Under the pieces are notes generated by a model that was not told the origin of the DNA, searched no databases, and saw only the letters and a program-made list of their open reading frames with translations. From a virus (lineage: Duplodnaviria > Caudoviricetes), in the IMG/VR virus record IMGVR_UViG_3300032320_002027, positions 1 to 31,944 of that record: a stretch of 31,944 bases of DNA. One strand, given 5' to 3'. The translations under genes were made by a program, and so were the position numbers. This document shows, piece after piece, positions 17,330 through 26,014 of this stretch; position 1 is the stretch's first letter, and every line of letters starts with the position of its first letter.

Positions 17330-17995
17330 TCAACGAATCGCGCCACGGGCGCGCGCGAGTTCGCGCCGCACGATGGACGAATAATCAATCGGCGCAATCC
17401 TATGTCCACTTGCGCCCTTTGCGGCTGGGATCCTGATTTCCACGCGATGCCGCACGGTCGGCGGAACCCAGCCCAGCCAGCGCGCGGCGTCGGACGCGCA
17501 TACCGCGCCCTTTCGGATCGCGGATACCAGCGCGTCGGGATTGCTCTGGACTGGGGCTAGCGAGACTTCCCAGAGTTTCCATTTATTGAACACGGTATGG
17601 ACGCCGTCCCCGTGCCGCTTGCGGTCCTCCGCGGTCGCGCGGCGGACGCCGCCCTGTTCGGTGGCGTAGCCGATGCTAACGCCCTTGACGATGCCCTGGG
17701 CGACCAGCGACGCCGCGAACTCTGGGAAGTACGGACCCACGAACCCGTCGGGACGCTGGGCAAATTGGAACTCGCCCACGATGCCGCCGTCCTCGCGCGT
17801 GAGCGAGACGCACCGCCCAACGGGTAGGTTCGAATCGTGGTTCCAGAGTAGAATCGGGTTCTTCATGTAGTCCGAGGCGTTCATGCCCTGGGGGATTACC
17901 ACTTCGCCGTCGCGGTCAAGCGTGGCGGTCGTGATAGTCGCCGCGAATCCCTTCGCGGTCGGGGCGAACGTCGCTTCCAGTTTCTTTCGGATCAT
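17330..17995 (-). CDS. Prohead maturation protease (HK97 type)
   Basis: DRDGEVV, NPILLWNHD, GVSIGY and LWEVSLAPVQSNPDA motifs. Confidence 0.9.
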   Translation of the reverse strand: MIRKKLEATFAPTAKGFAATITTATLDRDGEVVIPQGMNASDYMKNPILLWNHDSNLPVGRCVSLTREDGGIVGEFQFAQRPDGFVGPYFPEFAASLVAQGIVKGVSIGYATEQGGVRRATAEDRKRHGDGVHTVFNKWKLWEVSLAPVQSNPDALVSAIRKGAVCASDAARWLGWVPPTVRHRVEIRIPAAKGASGHRIAPIDYSSIVRRELARARGAIR

Positions 17996-18006
17996 GGGTG
18001 GTTTCC

Positions 18007-20877
18007 TCAGAGCGCGGCGATTCGGCGTTCCGCCTCGCGGGCAATGTCTTCGTATTCGGGGTTTAGAACGGGCTGCGTTGCGCAGCGACAATTCGGATGC
18101 AACGGCGGTCCGTCGATTCGTTCGTAGTCCGCCTTATACGTCCCGCCGTCCGCGCCGACGATTACGCTCCCCTTCGGATAGAACGGATCGTCCAGCGCGA
18201 CGGACCGCTGTCCGAACGCCTTCGCAGCGGCTTCGCAGAACTCGCATGGGTCGGGCGCAAGTAACCACGTCTTTCCCTTTACCAGCCCCGTGGACCGCCA
18301 AGCATCTTGCTCCGCGGTGGACGCGGCGTATGCGGCTTCCGTGCGGGCAACGCGCACGGCGCGCCACGTCTGCGCGCGTTCGTCGCCCTGCGGGCGCGCC
18401 CAGTCCTGGACGCGCTGCGCGAGTTCGTCCACCGTGTCGCCGTCCTGGAGTCCGCGCCCCAGCAAGTCCGCAACGGCTTCGGTCCTGGTGGTGTTTAGCC
18501 CCGTGGTCGCTCGCGTGGAAAGAACGGTCGAAGTCCTGGAGACGTATTCATCCAGTTCGGCACTAGTCCAGCCGAGCCGCGCCACCGATACGTCGCCCGT
18601 GAGTTTGGACAGCGTCGCCATGCCGAGTTCCGCGCCGTGGCGTAGCGATTCCTCCAGGTACGGTCCGAACGCCTGGCGCAGCGATACCGACCATTCGCGC
18701 TGCGAAATCACTTCCAACACGCGGTCGATAGTCGCCGCCGTCGGCGCGCCTTCCTTGCGGATCGCAGCCACGACGGCTTCCACCTGGGCGGAGAACACGC
18801 CGTCCACTTCGTCCGCGAGTTTGCGCAACGCTTCATCGTCCACCAGTTCGCCCGTGGGGGACGCCTTCAGCGTGAGCATCGGATGCCCTGCGAATTCATC
18901 ATGGGTATCCAGCCAGAGTTCGCGCGCGCTGGTGTTCTTCGCGTGTCGCTTGCAGTTGCAGCCCGCAGCCTTCGTCCCGCGGGCGCGGTCGAACTCGCCT
19001 ACCTTCCGCTTTGCCCACGCCCAGCCTTCGTCGCCGCCCCAGCCCTGCCAGGCTTGCCAGCCCTTGCCCTGTTCGTCCCACGTCTCGCCCTGTTTGTCGG
19101 ACTGGTGGCGTTCGAAATAGGCGACCATTCGGCGGACCGTGTCTTCCGAGAGCGCAACGCGGTTCGCCAGGTCGCGCGCGCGCGCGATTCCAACGGGCGT
19201 CATTCCGCGTTGGGACGGCGGCTTCGTCTCGCGGACCGCCAGCGCGCGTTCGGCGTTCGCCGCCACCTGGGCGGGCGGGACCGTGTCGATATCCTCCAAC
19301 GCCTTCGTTTCTCCGCAGTATTCGTACGCGATTGCCGCCGCCTGGTCGGACGGGTAGCCCTCGCGGATTAGTTGCGCAATCTTGGCGGATACGCAATCGT
19401 CCGCGGCTTTCTGGTTCGCAGGATCATCCACGAACCAGGTATGCGCGGCGTTCTGCGACGGCGCGGCGGGCGCAGCGGGCGCGGCTGGAGCGTCCGCGAC
19501 GGACGGCGCAGCGGGCGCGGACAGCGTCATCGGCGGAGCGGTCGGACCGCCGAGCGGCGTTCCGTTCACCAACAGCCGATCCGCCATCGGGTCGGGGTTC
19601 GGGTCCAGTCCGTTCCGCTCGCGCGCTTCGTTGGGCGTTAGCCAGCCGCCAGCGACCGCCACTTGCGTTTCCTGCAAGTCCTGCTGGCGGTTCGCGGGGA
19701 CTGGATCATCGTACGCCAGCACGGCGTCGCCCTCTAGCCCGAACATCGGCAATAGCCGCTGGTTCAGCGTTTCTTCGTCCATCCTGCAAAGCGGTAGCAC
19801 CGTCATTTCCCGCCAGGACGCGTAGCCGACGGTAGCCGACGCCAAGTTCGGGTCGTTCGCGCGGAGCATGGAGACGGGGACGCCGAATACCGCGGCGATT
19901 TCCTCCACGATTTCCGTGCGCCCCGTCAAGTCCTTTGGCGGAAACTGCAACGCCTTAAGGTCGATTTCCGCGGTGGTAACCAGGAAATTCCCATTGTTCC
20001 GCGGTCCGCGCAGTTTGTTCGCGATGGAAGTTTCGATCCTGTCCAGTTCGTCCGCGCTGGCGTCGCCCTTCACGGTTAGCAGCCAATCGGGACGCGCGTG
20101 GTTCGCGAACGTCGCCAGGTCCATCGAATGCAACGCGATGTTTGCTTGCGCTGCCCCCCACGCCGCTTCTAGTTTGCCCATTCCGTACCAGAGGTCGCGC
20201 GGGTTCGGTCGGCGGAAGTGGATTACTTCGTCGGGCGTGAGCGTGATACGCGATTCGCTGGATGCGCCGTAGCGGTAGCCCGCGATGAAGCGTTCCGTAT
20301 CGCGGATGATCTCCACCCATTGCGGCGGCATTGCCCAGAGTTCGGAGGGAACGCCCATGTTGCCCGTAACGACGTGCAAGTAACTGTTCCCCGTGAGTTC
20401 CTGCCAAACCACGCGAAGTACCGTGAGGTCGTGTCCGTTGTGGTATGGGTTCGAAACCGCCAGCAGCCGCAATAGCGGATGATCGTCGGTCACTTCCTCA
20501 AAGTCGTTACCGAGTTGCGCAGCCTTCCGCAGAACGTAGGTAGACGGATTGCGCGCGGCGTCACCGCGCAGCCAGGCGGCGGACTTGCGCGACGCCTTCC
20601 GCGTGTTCCAGAGTTTGCGCGTGGTCGGGCTGGATCGGACGTAGAGCCGAAGCGGAGTGGACGCCACGGCGGTGGCGTTGATAGACGCCGCGGCGTAAAT
20701 CCACGACGCGTACGCCCGCACGGCGGTTTCGTAACTGAACGGCTGCGGAGCGACGCCCGTACCGCCGTCGATCACGCGCATGGAAGCCCGCGTCCAGGCG
20801 TTCGCGTCGGTCGCCTTCGCCTCGCTGGGCTTCGCGTCGGGTCGGTTGAAGCGGAACAGGTCCAGGAATCGTTTCAT
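18007..20877 (-). CDS. Portal protein fused to extra domains and a C-terminal Mu gpF/SPP1 gp7-like head morphogenesis domain, 956 aa
   Basis: ELTGNSY, EVIHFR, IAAVFGVP and LTPNEAR (portal); VARTE, CEFC and PPLHPNCRC (gpF); ATGA overlap with the terminase stop. Confidence 0.9.
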   Translation of the reverse strand: MKRFLDLFRFNRPDAKPSEAKATDANAWTRASMRVIDGGTGVAPQPFSYETAVRAYASWIYAAASINATAVASTPLRLYVRSSPTTRKLWNTRKASRKSAAWLRGDAARNPSTYVLRKAAQLGNDFEEVTDDHPLLRLLAVSNPYHNGHDLTVLRVVWQELTGNSYLHVVTGNMGVPSELWAMPPQWVEIIRDTERFIAGYRYGASSESRITLTPDEVIHFRRPNPRDLWYGMGKLEAAWGAAQANIALHSMDLATFANHARPDWLLTVKGDASADELDRIETSIANKLRGPRNNGNFLVTTAEIDLKALQFPPKDLTGRTEIVEEIAAVFGVPVSMLRANDPNLASATVGYASWREMTVLPLCRMDEETLNQRLLPMFGLEGDAVLAYDDPVPANRQQDLQETQVAVAGGWLTPNEARERNGLDPNPDPMADRLLVNGTPLGGPTAPPMTLSAPAAPSVADAPAAPAAPAAPSQNAAHTWFVDDPANQKAADDCVSAKIAQLIREGYPSDQAAAIAYEYCGETKALEDIDTVPPAQVAANAERALAVRETKPPSQRGMTPVGIARARDLANRVALSEDTVRRMVAYFERHQSDKQGETWDEQGKGWQAWQGWGGDEGWAWAKRKVGEFDRARGTKAAGCNCKRHAKNTSARELWLDTHDEFAGHPMLTLKASPTGELVDDEALRKLADEVDGVFSAQVEAVVAAIRKEGAPTAATIDRVLEVISQREWSVSLRQAFGPYLEESLRHGAELGMATLSKLTGDVSVARLGWTSAELDEYVSRTSTVLSTRATTGLNTTRTEAVADLLGRGLQDGDTVDELAQRVQDWARPQGDERAQTWRAVRVARTEAAYAASTAEQDAWRSTGLVKGKTWLLAPDPCEFCEAAAKAFGQRSVALDDPFYPKGSVIVGADGGTYKADYERIDGPPLHPNCRCATQPVLNPEYEDIAREAERRIAAL

Positions 20878-22076
20878 ATCACCTTCCAGATTAGCGGTTT
20901 GTGCCGTCGCTTCGCGGCGATTGCCAGCGCAAGCGCGCACACTCCATCATCGTGTCCACTTTCCGCGGCGTAGGAAACGCGCCCGTTGGTATATCGGAAT
21001 CCGAACGCCTCCAGTTCATGCCGCAGCCAGCCGTCGGGGAACCGTACTTCGCGCGATTGGATCGCGCTCGCGAGTCCCTCCATTAACTGTTGCTTGCTCT
21101 GCTGGCTGAACTTCCAGCCCTCCGCGCCACGACATACGCGCGTCAAGTCCTCCACGATTGGATCGCCCACGCCCGTGGAATCCACGAACGCGCGGCGGTT
21201 CCCGATCATGCGCGCCACGCGCTCGCGCGTTGCGCCCCAATCGGCTTGGAATCGCTCCAGGTGCGCCACGTTGCCGTCCGCGTCCAGCCCGCAAACGACG
21301 GTCCAATCCTGGGACTTCGCCAGGTCCACGCCGTACGCGACCACGGACGCGGTGGAGAGTTCGCCCACGCAAGCGCGGATGGCTGCAAGCCCGAACGGGT
21401 TCGCGCCATCGTCGGTAGGTTCCGCCAGGTAGAGTTCGCGGAAGACGTTGTCTGGGAGGATTGCGCGCGCTTCCTCCACTTCGTCGCGGTGGAGGATGCC
21501 GCCTTCGACGGCGTCCCAGGCGGTAAGTTTGTGGTACGCCATGTTCGGCGCGCCCGATTCCGCTTTCCGCGCCAGGCGGTATACCCAGTTCTTCCGACCC
21601 TTTACGTTGCCGATGATGCGCACGGGTCCGCGCGTCGCGGTAAGTGTGGAGCGCACGGCGTTCCACGCGTCTTCGCTGCAACGCGTCGCTTCGTCCACGA
21701 CCGCGGCGGAAACGTCTTCACCGTAGAGCGAGTCGGGATTGTCGGCGGACTTGAACCAGACGCGCGCCCCGTTCGCCAGCGTGACGCACAGTTCGGAATC
21801 GTTCGCCTTCCAGGTGCGCTTCCCTGCGTCGGCTTGCTGGAGCATGGAGCAAAGCCGCTGGAAACCTACCGTCTTCGTTACATGGAACGTCGGAGCGATC
21901 CACCAGAACGCGCCGCCGCCGCGGCTGTTCCAGGCTTGCGCCAGTAGCCATAGCATACAGCCCGCCGTCTTCCCCGATTTGGTGGAGGCTTCCACGATCA
22001 CGATGCGCGCTTCGTCGCAAATCGCGGCGTACTGGCGCGGGTACATTTGGGGCAACGTCGGAGGCGCGACTATCAC
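20874..22076 (-). CDS. terL: Terminase large subunit
   Basis: Walker A-like ASTKSGKT, Walker B VVDEA, nuclease GVDLA...D, DSTGVG and HDDGV. Confidence 0.95.
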   Translation of the reverse strand: MIVAPPTLPQMYPRQYAAICDEARIVIVEASTKSGKTAGCMLWLLAQAWNSRGGGAFWWIAPTFHVTKTVGFQRLCSMLQQADAGKRTWKANDSELCVTLANGARVWFKSADNPDSLYGEDVSAAVVDEATRCSEDAWNAVRSTLTATRGPVRIIGNVKGRKNWVYRLARKAESGAPNMAYHKLTAWDAVEGGILHRDEVEEARAILPDNVFRELYLAEPTDDGANPFGLAAIRACVGELSTASVVAYGVDLAKSQDWTVVCGLDADGNVAHLERFQADWGATRERVARMIGNRRAFVDSTGVGDPIVEDLTRVCRGAEGWKFSQQSKQQLMEGLASAIQSREVRFPDGWLRHELEAFGFRYTNGRVSYAAESGHDDGVCALALAIAAKRRHKPLIWKVI

Positions 22077-22486
22077 GCGCCGCCAGCCCCGCCAGGACGC
22101 AGCGAAATCGGTAGCAGTTCAACGCGGTCGGTAGCCGCGCCGCCGTCCAGGCGTTCGCAGCGGTCCGCAGCCTGGAGCGCGTCGGTGTTGGCGCGGTCCA
22201 TTGCCAGCAGGACTTCCACGGCGCGCAGCCGTTCGCGCTCCGAATCGCTGGACTCCGCCACGCTGGTAACGATGGCGGGGAGAGTGCGCATTACATGGGG
22301 CGGGATGTTCCAGCCTCCGCGGATGGCGCGTTCAATCAACAGCAGCCCCGCGCGGACATGGCGCGGGGACTGGGTCGCAGGGTCGAACGACTCTGGCGGC
22401 GCAGCATCCCCCAAACCCCCGTCGGCGGGCTTGGCGGATGCGCGCGCGCGCGCTGTCTTCGGTCGTGTCTTCCGTTCCTTCGCCAT
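22073..22486 (-). CDS. Putative terminase small subunit
   Basis: 137 aa helical protein immediately upstream of terL with GTGA overlap. Confidence 0.55.
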   Translation of the reverse strand: MAKERKTRPKTARARASAKPADGGLGDAAPPESFDPATQSPRHVRAGLLLIERAIRGGWNIPPHVMRTLPAIVTSVAESSDSERERLRAVEVLLAMDRANTDALQAADRCERLDGGAATDRVELLPISLRPGGAGGA

Positions 22487-22657
22487 TCAATTAAACCGCG
22501 GAATTGCAATCGGATCGTATACCGCCCCGATATCCACCCATTCATCGTCCGAAACGGATACCGCCGCGGTTCCGTCTGGCGGCGTCCACGGCGCGACGCC
22601 GTCCCAAACGACGATATTCACCACCTTGCCGCCCTGGACGATTGCCCAACGGTTCAT
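22487..22657 (-). CDS. Small fibre-associated/assembly protein, 56 aa (not in the ORF track)
   Basis: Manually translated MNRWAIVQGGKVVNIVVWDGVAPWTPPDG...; ATGA overlap upstream; stop abuts the next ATG. Confidence 0.7.
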   Translation of the reverse strand: MNRWAIVQGGKVVNIVVWDGVAPWTPPDGTAAVSVSDDEWVDIGAVYDPIAIPRFN

Positions 22658-23544
22658 TGCTCCACCACCAGGACATAACCCGCCCCGCCCGTACCGCCTG
22701 GGCGGGACGCGACGGAGTAGGAACCACCGCCGCCGCCGCCGCCCGAGCCGCGACCGCCGTTTCCGCCCGTCCCAGCCGCGGACGTGGCGACCGATCCACC
22801 GCCACCGCCTCCGCCTGTCCCGATGCCCTGCCAGGCGTCCGTAACCAGCGCGCCAGCGGTCCCCGCAGTCTTTGCAGCCCCGCCCGCGCCGCCACCGCCT
22901 GTAGTCGCCGTGAGTGGACCTACGTTGCCGCCTGCGCCGCCCGCGTACTCCGTGATGGCGGAAGCCTGTCCGCCGCCCGCGCCGCCTCCCGCGCCCGTGT
23001 AGTAGCCCACGAAGCCCGCGCCGCCCACGGCGTTGGTGGAGGCGTCGCCGCCCGCTCCGTACGCGACGCCCAGGATTGTCCCAGCCGTCCCGCCCTTCGG
23101 CGTTCCCGTCGCTGCGCCAGCCGAGCCGCCCAGCCCTCCAGATACCGAAATGGGACCGAAGACGGTCGTTCCGCCCTGTCCGCCCGCCAGCCCTGGCGAG
23201 CCAGACGTGCCAGCCGTCCCGCCCGCGCCAATGGTGACGGTTACGGACGTAGCCAGGACGGAAGACGGGAACAGGAATACCGCGCCCAGCCCGCCCGCGC
23301 CGCCGCCGCCCCCAGCCGAGGAACTTCCTGCGGTCCCCTGTCGGAAGCCGCCACCGCCGCCGCCGCCGCCGCCCACGGCGTAAACCAGGACCGACGTAGC
23401 CGACGTGGATTTGGTGAACGTGCTGGACGCCGTGAACGCGGTCACGGTCGCCCCGACCACGTTCCCGTCGGAACCAATGGCAAGCGACGCGCCGAGCGGA
23501 AGCGTGTTGGCGTCCAGGAACGGGACATAGCGTGGGCTAATCAT
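22654..23544 (-). CDS. Glycine-rich fibre-like structural protein, 296 aa
   Basis: VYAVGGGGGGGGG...GGTGGAGYVLVVE glycine-rich domain common in phage fibres. Confidence 0.75.
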   Translation of the reverse strand: MISPRYVPFLDANTLPLGASLAIGSDGNVVGATVTAFTASSTFTKSTSATSVLVYAVGGGGGGGGGFRQGTAGSSSAGGGGGAGGLGAVFLFPSSVLATSVTVTIGAGGTAGTSGSPGLAGGQGGTTVFGPISVSGGLGGSAGAATGTPKGGTAGTILGVAYGAGGDASTNAVGGAGFVGYYTGAGGGAGGGQASAITEYAGGAGGNVGPLTATTGGGGAGGAAKTAGTAGALVTDAWQGIGTGGGGGGGSVATSAAGTGGNGGRGSGGGGGGGSYSVASRPGGTGGAGYVLVVEQ

Positions 23545-23840
23545 GCTTCGGGAACCCGAATCGGGGCTGGGGCTGGGGCTGGGGCATCCTCTGGACCGTC
23601 CACGAAGCGCGGCGGGACCAGATACCAGCCCTCTGGAATCTGGACGGGATTCTGGGAGAGTTCCCAGCCTGTCCCGTTGAACAGGTAGACGCGCGCGCGC
23701 ACTCCAGGTCCGAGACGGATCGGGGAATCGTCGTTAACCAGGACGGTTCGGGCGCATCCACCCACGAATCCGACCGCCAACGCGGCGCAGAAAGCGACGG
23801 TCGGACGGCGCGGTATCGACGGGCGATTTCGTCGCGGCAT
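23541..23840 (-). CDS. Putative lipoprotein (o-spanin/Rz1-like)
   Basis: Basic N-terminus, hydrophobic stretch, lipobox-like VGG-C, Pro-rich mature part; overlaps the upstream ORF in another frame. Confidence 0.5.
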   Translation of the reverse strand: MPRRNRPSIPRRPTVAFCAALAVGFVGGCARTVLVNDDSPIRLGPGVRARVYLFNGTGWELSQNPVQIPEGWYLVPPRFVDGPEDAPAPAPAPIRVPEA

Positions 23841-23904
23841 TGCGTAGGAACTCCAGGACCGATTCCGCGATGCCCGCGACGATGGCGCGCAGCGCGGCGA
23901 ACAT
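23734..23904 (-). CDS. Small amphipathic protein, 56 aa (possible i-spanin-like; not in the ORF track)
   Basis: TAATG coupling to the holin-like gene; MFAALRAIVAGIAESVLEFLRN... Confidence 0.5.
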   Translation of the reverse strand: MFAALRAIVAGIAESVLEFLRNAATKSPVDTAPSDRRFLRRVGGRIRGWMRPNRPG

Positions 23905-24104
23905 TACTTCGCGCCCGCGGCTTCGCTGGTCACGTTGTTATCCCTGGCGAAGATAAGCCCGAGTCCAGCCATAAACGCGGCTGCGACCGCGCCCCAGTCG
24001 GGGACGGTGGCTGCGTCGGCATCGAACAGAGCGACCACGGCGGTAGCGGCGGCTGCGACGATTGCCGCGATGCCCGCGGCGCTAGTCTTCCAGGATTGGT
24101 TCAT
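23904..24104 (-). CDS. Holin-like two-TM membrane protein, 66 aa
   Basis: SWKTSAAGI, two hydrophobic helices, GLIFARD; ATGA overlap. Confidence 0.6.
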   Translation of the reverse strand: MNQSWKTSAAGIAAIVAAAATAVVALFDADAATVPDWGAVAAAFMAGLGLIFARDNNVTSEAAGAK

Positions 24105-24382
24105 GGGGTATTTCCTTTGGACTCCATGCGGTCGATCCTGGCGCGGAGGGAATCCAATTCCCGCGCCATGCCCGATTGCTGGGTCGCCCCCGCTATCTGG
24201 GCTTTGGTTAGGTCGGTCACGATTTGACGGAGTTCCGTTACGGACTCCATCGTAGTCCCCAGCCGTTCGTCGCGCTTGCCAGCCTCCACGCCGATCCACC
24301 AGAGTCCCGCGATAAGCGCGACCAGTTGGGAGACGTTTACCACGCGGTCAAACCCGATGGAGACGGTTCCAGGATTGTTCAT
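24101..24382 (-). CDS. Single-TM + coiled-coil membrane protein, 93 aa
   Basis: LVALIAGLWWIGV followed by a heptad coil; overlaps both neighbours. Confidence 0.6.
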   Translation of the reverse strand: MNNPGTVSIGFDRVVNVSQLVALIAGLWWIGVEAGKRDERLGTTMESVTELRQIVTDLTKAQIAGATQQSGMARELDSLRARIDRMESKGNTP

Positions 24383-24726
24383 AGCAGGGGATTCCGCCGC
24401 GCGTCTGCGATTGCGTTTGCGAACGCCACCACGTCCCGAACGCGAACGACTACCGCCCATTCCGTGTCTCCGTCCTCGCGCATGATGGCGACGGGAACGC
24501 GCCCCGTCTGCGCCTCGCGTTCCGCTTGGCGGAGGAAGTCAAGCGCGGCAATCCTGGCGTAACGCTTGGACTCCAGGTGGATAGCCGCGCCGCATTGCAA
24601 GTCGGCGTCGCCATGCTTCCCGATGCGCTGGGCGGATCGGTAGCACGGAATGCCCGTCGCGGCTTCGAATGCCGCGGCGGCTTCGCGTTCGCCCGACGCG
24701 CCTTTGTTCCTGGAGTTCGTCGCCAT
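24379..24726 (-). CDS. PD-(D/E)XK Holliday junction resolvase-like nuclease
   Basis: SRNKGASGERE...DADL...HLESKR, an Hjc-like catalytic pattern. Confidence 0.8.
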   Translation of the reverse strand: MATNSRNKGASGEREAAAAFEAATGIPCYRSAQRIGKHGDADLQCGAAIHLESKRYARIAALDFLRQAEREAQTGRVPVAIMREDGDTEWAVVVRVRDVVAFANAIADARRNPLL

Positions 24727-24862
24727 GCATCCAGTATCGGCGCGGCTGGCGGGCGCGTCTAGTCCCAGGAAGGCGGCGGCGCGGGGATGCTACCGCGCCG
24801 CCGCCGAACCAGGGGAACAGCGGTACGGGTATCGGCTGAATACCGCGCCGCGATTCGCCATG

Positions 24863-24895
24863 AAACGAACCGCCGCGCAACGGAGCGCGGCGGGT
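24863..24895 (-). terminator. Terminator closing the leftward cassette array
   Basis: Minus strand CCGCCGCGC-TCCGTT-GCGCGGCGG then TTCGTTT, the same tail as the terminators at 3568 and 4057. Confidence 0.6.
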
Positions 24896-24924
24896 CGCAT
24901 GGGGAAAAAGATGCTGTGAGTCTA

Positions 24925-25170
24925 TCATCCCGCGCAGCCGCGCCAACACGCGGATGGGATGATTTCGAAATCCCCGCGGTGGATGCGCGCGCGGTTCTCT
25001 GGCGTGTCCGCGACGGAGTCCAGCGCGCAGTCGCAGACGAAGGGTTCGGGCGCGCCGCCGTCGTGGCGTTCCGAGTATTCGCCCAGCCCGCGGCAACAGG
25101 TGCAAGCGGCGGACGCGACCAGTTGCAGCGGGTCGGCGCGCTTCGGCTGGGACTGGTTCAAAGGGTCCAC
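24925..25170 (-). CDS. Small Zn-binding-like hypothetical protein (second gene of cassette 5)
   Basis: CTCCRGLG...VCDC motif; overlaps the upstream stop; start GTG 25170 or TTG 25161. Confidence 0.55.
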   Translation of the reverse strand: MDPLNQSQPKRADPLQLVASAACTCCRGLGEYSERHDGGAPEPFVCDCALDSVADTPENRARIHRGDFEIIPSACWRGCAG

Positions 25171-25451
25171 CCTTCGTTCAGGCGGACGCGCTTCATGCCG
25201 CGTTCGGCGGCTTCGCACTCCGCAATCACGGCGGCGCGGTCCGCGTCGGTCGTGGCGGCTTCCCAGCGAGTGTGCCAGTCGTTGTGACGGGTCCAGGCAA
25301 GCGCGAAAGCCGCGCGCCCGAGTTCGCGCACGATCATATCGGCGGGCGTCGGGACGAACTGCGAATCGGAGTGGATGTTGCGAACGACGCGGAGGGCTGG
25401 GGTAATCGCGTTCAGTTCGACTTCGGTAACTGCAATGGTGGTCGCGGACAT
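25158..25451 (-). CDS. Cassette gene 5, hypothetical protein, 97 aa
   Basis: ATG follows leader copy 5 with CGGAG SD. Confidence 0.8.
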   Translation of the reverse strand: MSATTIAVTEVELNAITPALRVVRNIHSDSQFVPTPADMIVRELGRAAFALAWTRHNDWHTRWEAATTDADRAAVIAECEAAERGMKRVRLNEGWTL

Positions 25452-25568
25452 GGCTGGACTCCGTTTGGTGCGCATCGGCTGCGCTTGCCTGTCGGGGACT
25501 CCCGACACGGGAAAGATAGCGGGACTTCGGCGCGTGTCAACCACGCATGGACAGAATCCGCGCGTTTC
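25452..25568 (-). promoter_or_regulatory. Repeated promoter + structured leader, copy 5
   Basis: Minus strand GTCCA (25552-48)-N7-TTGACA (25540-35)-16-TATCTT (25518-13); leader matches copy 4. Confidence 0.9.
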
Positions 25569-25571
25569 GAC

Positions 25572-25611
25572 AAAAAGACAGGCGCGCCAGCCCTGGGGGA
25601 CTGGCGCGCCT
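25572..25611 (-). terminator. Intrinsic terminator
   Basis: GGCGCGCCAG...CTGGCGCGCC stem followed on the minus strand by TGTCTTTTT. Confidence 0.8.
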
Positions 25612-25617
25612 GGTGGT

Positions 25618-25842
25618 TCACTCTCCGACGTATTCGTAGGAACCGTCCGCATTGCGGACCACCGTATGGGCGGGCGAAATCATGTTGCGACCGTCGCGCC
25701 CGAACATGACGTGGCGCACGTTGCCCGAGAGGTCCACCAGCAGCCCGACGCCCAGGACGGACGAATCCAGCGTCGCCAGCAGCGAAGCGGCGTGGTTGAA
25801 GGCGGCGGTAACTTCGAAGACGGGGGAGGCGTTCGCGGACAT
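25618..25842 (-). CDS. Cassette gene 6, hypothetical protein, 74 aa
   Basis: Single ORF between leader copy 6 and a terminator. Confidence 0.8.
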   Translation of the reverse strand: MSANASPVFEVTAAFNHAASLLATLDSSVLGVGLLVDLSGNVRHVMFGRDGRNMISPAHTVVRNADGSYEYVGE

Positions 25843-25958
25843 GGCTAACTCCATTCGTGCGCATCGGCTGCGCTTGCCCGTCGCCAGACTGGCGACACGG
25901 GAAAGATACTCCGTCTTCGGCGGGCGTCAAGTGCTGTTGGACGAAATCGGAGGATTCC
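25843..25958 (-). promoter_or_regulatory. Repeated promoter + structured leader, copy 6
   Basis: GTCCA-N7-TTGACG (25930-25)-16-TATCTT (25908-03); hairpin GTCGCCA-GTC-TGGCGAC; GGC-AA-GCGCA-GCCGA-TGCGC. Confidence 0.9.
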
Positions 25959-25960
25959 GC

Positions 25961-25992
25961 GAAAAAGAAATCCGCCCGCGCGTGGCGGGCGG
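25961..25992 (-). terminator. Intrinsic terminator
   Basis: Minus strand CCGCCCGC...GCGGGCGG then ATTTCTTTTT. Confidence 0.8.
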
Positions 25993-26014
25993 AGTCGGTC
26001 GGCGGCTGCGGGCG

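Noticed and set aside
25466-25510. tRNA-like (TYMV-type) structure, because the pseudoknot in copy 5 is followed by ACCA
   Set aside because: ACCA is not conserved in the other ten copies (AGAG, TGAA, ACGA, ACCG, ATCG and others).
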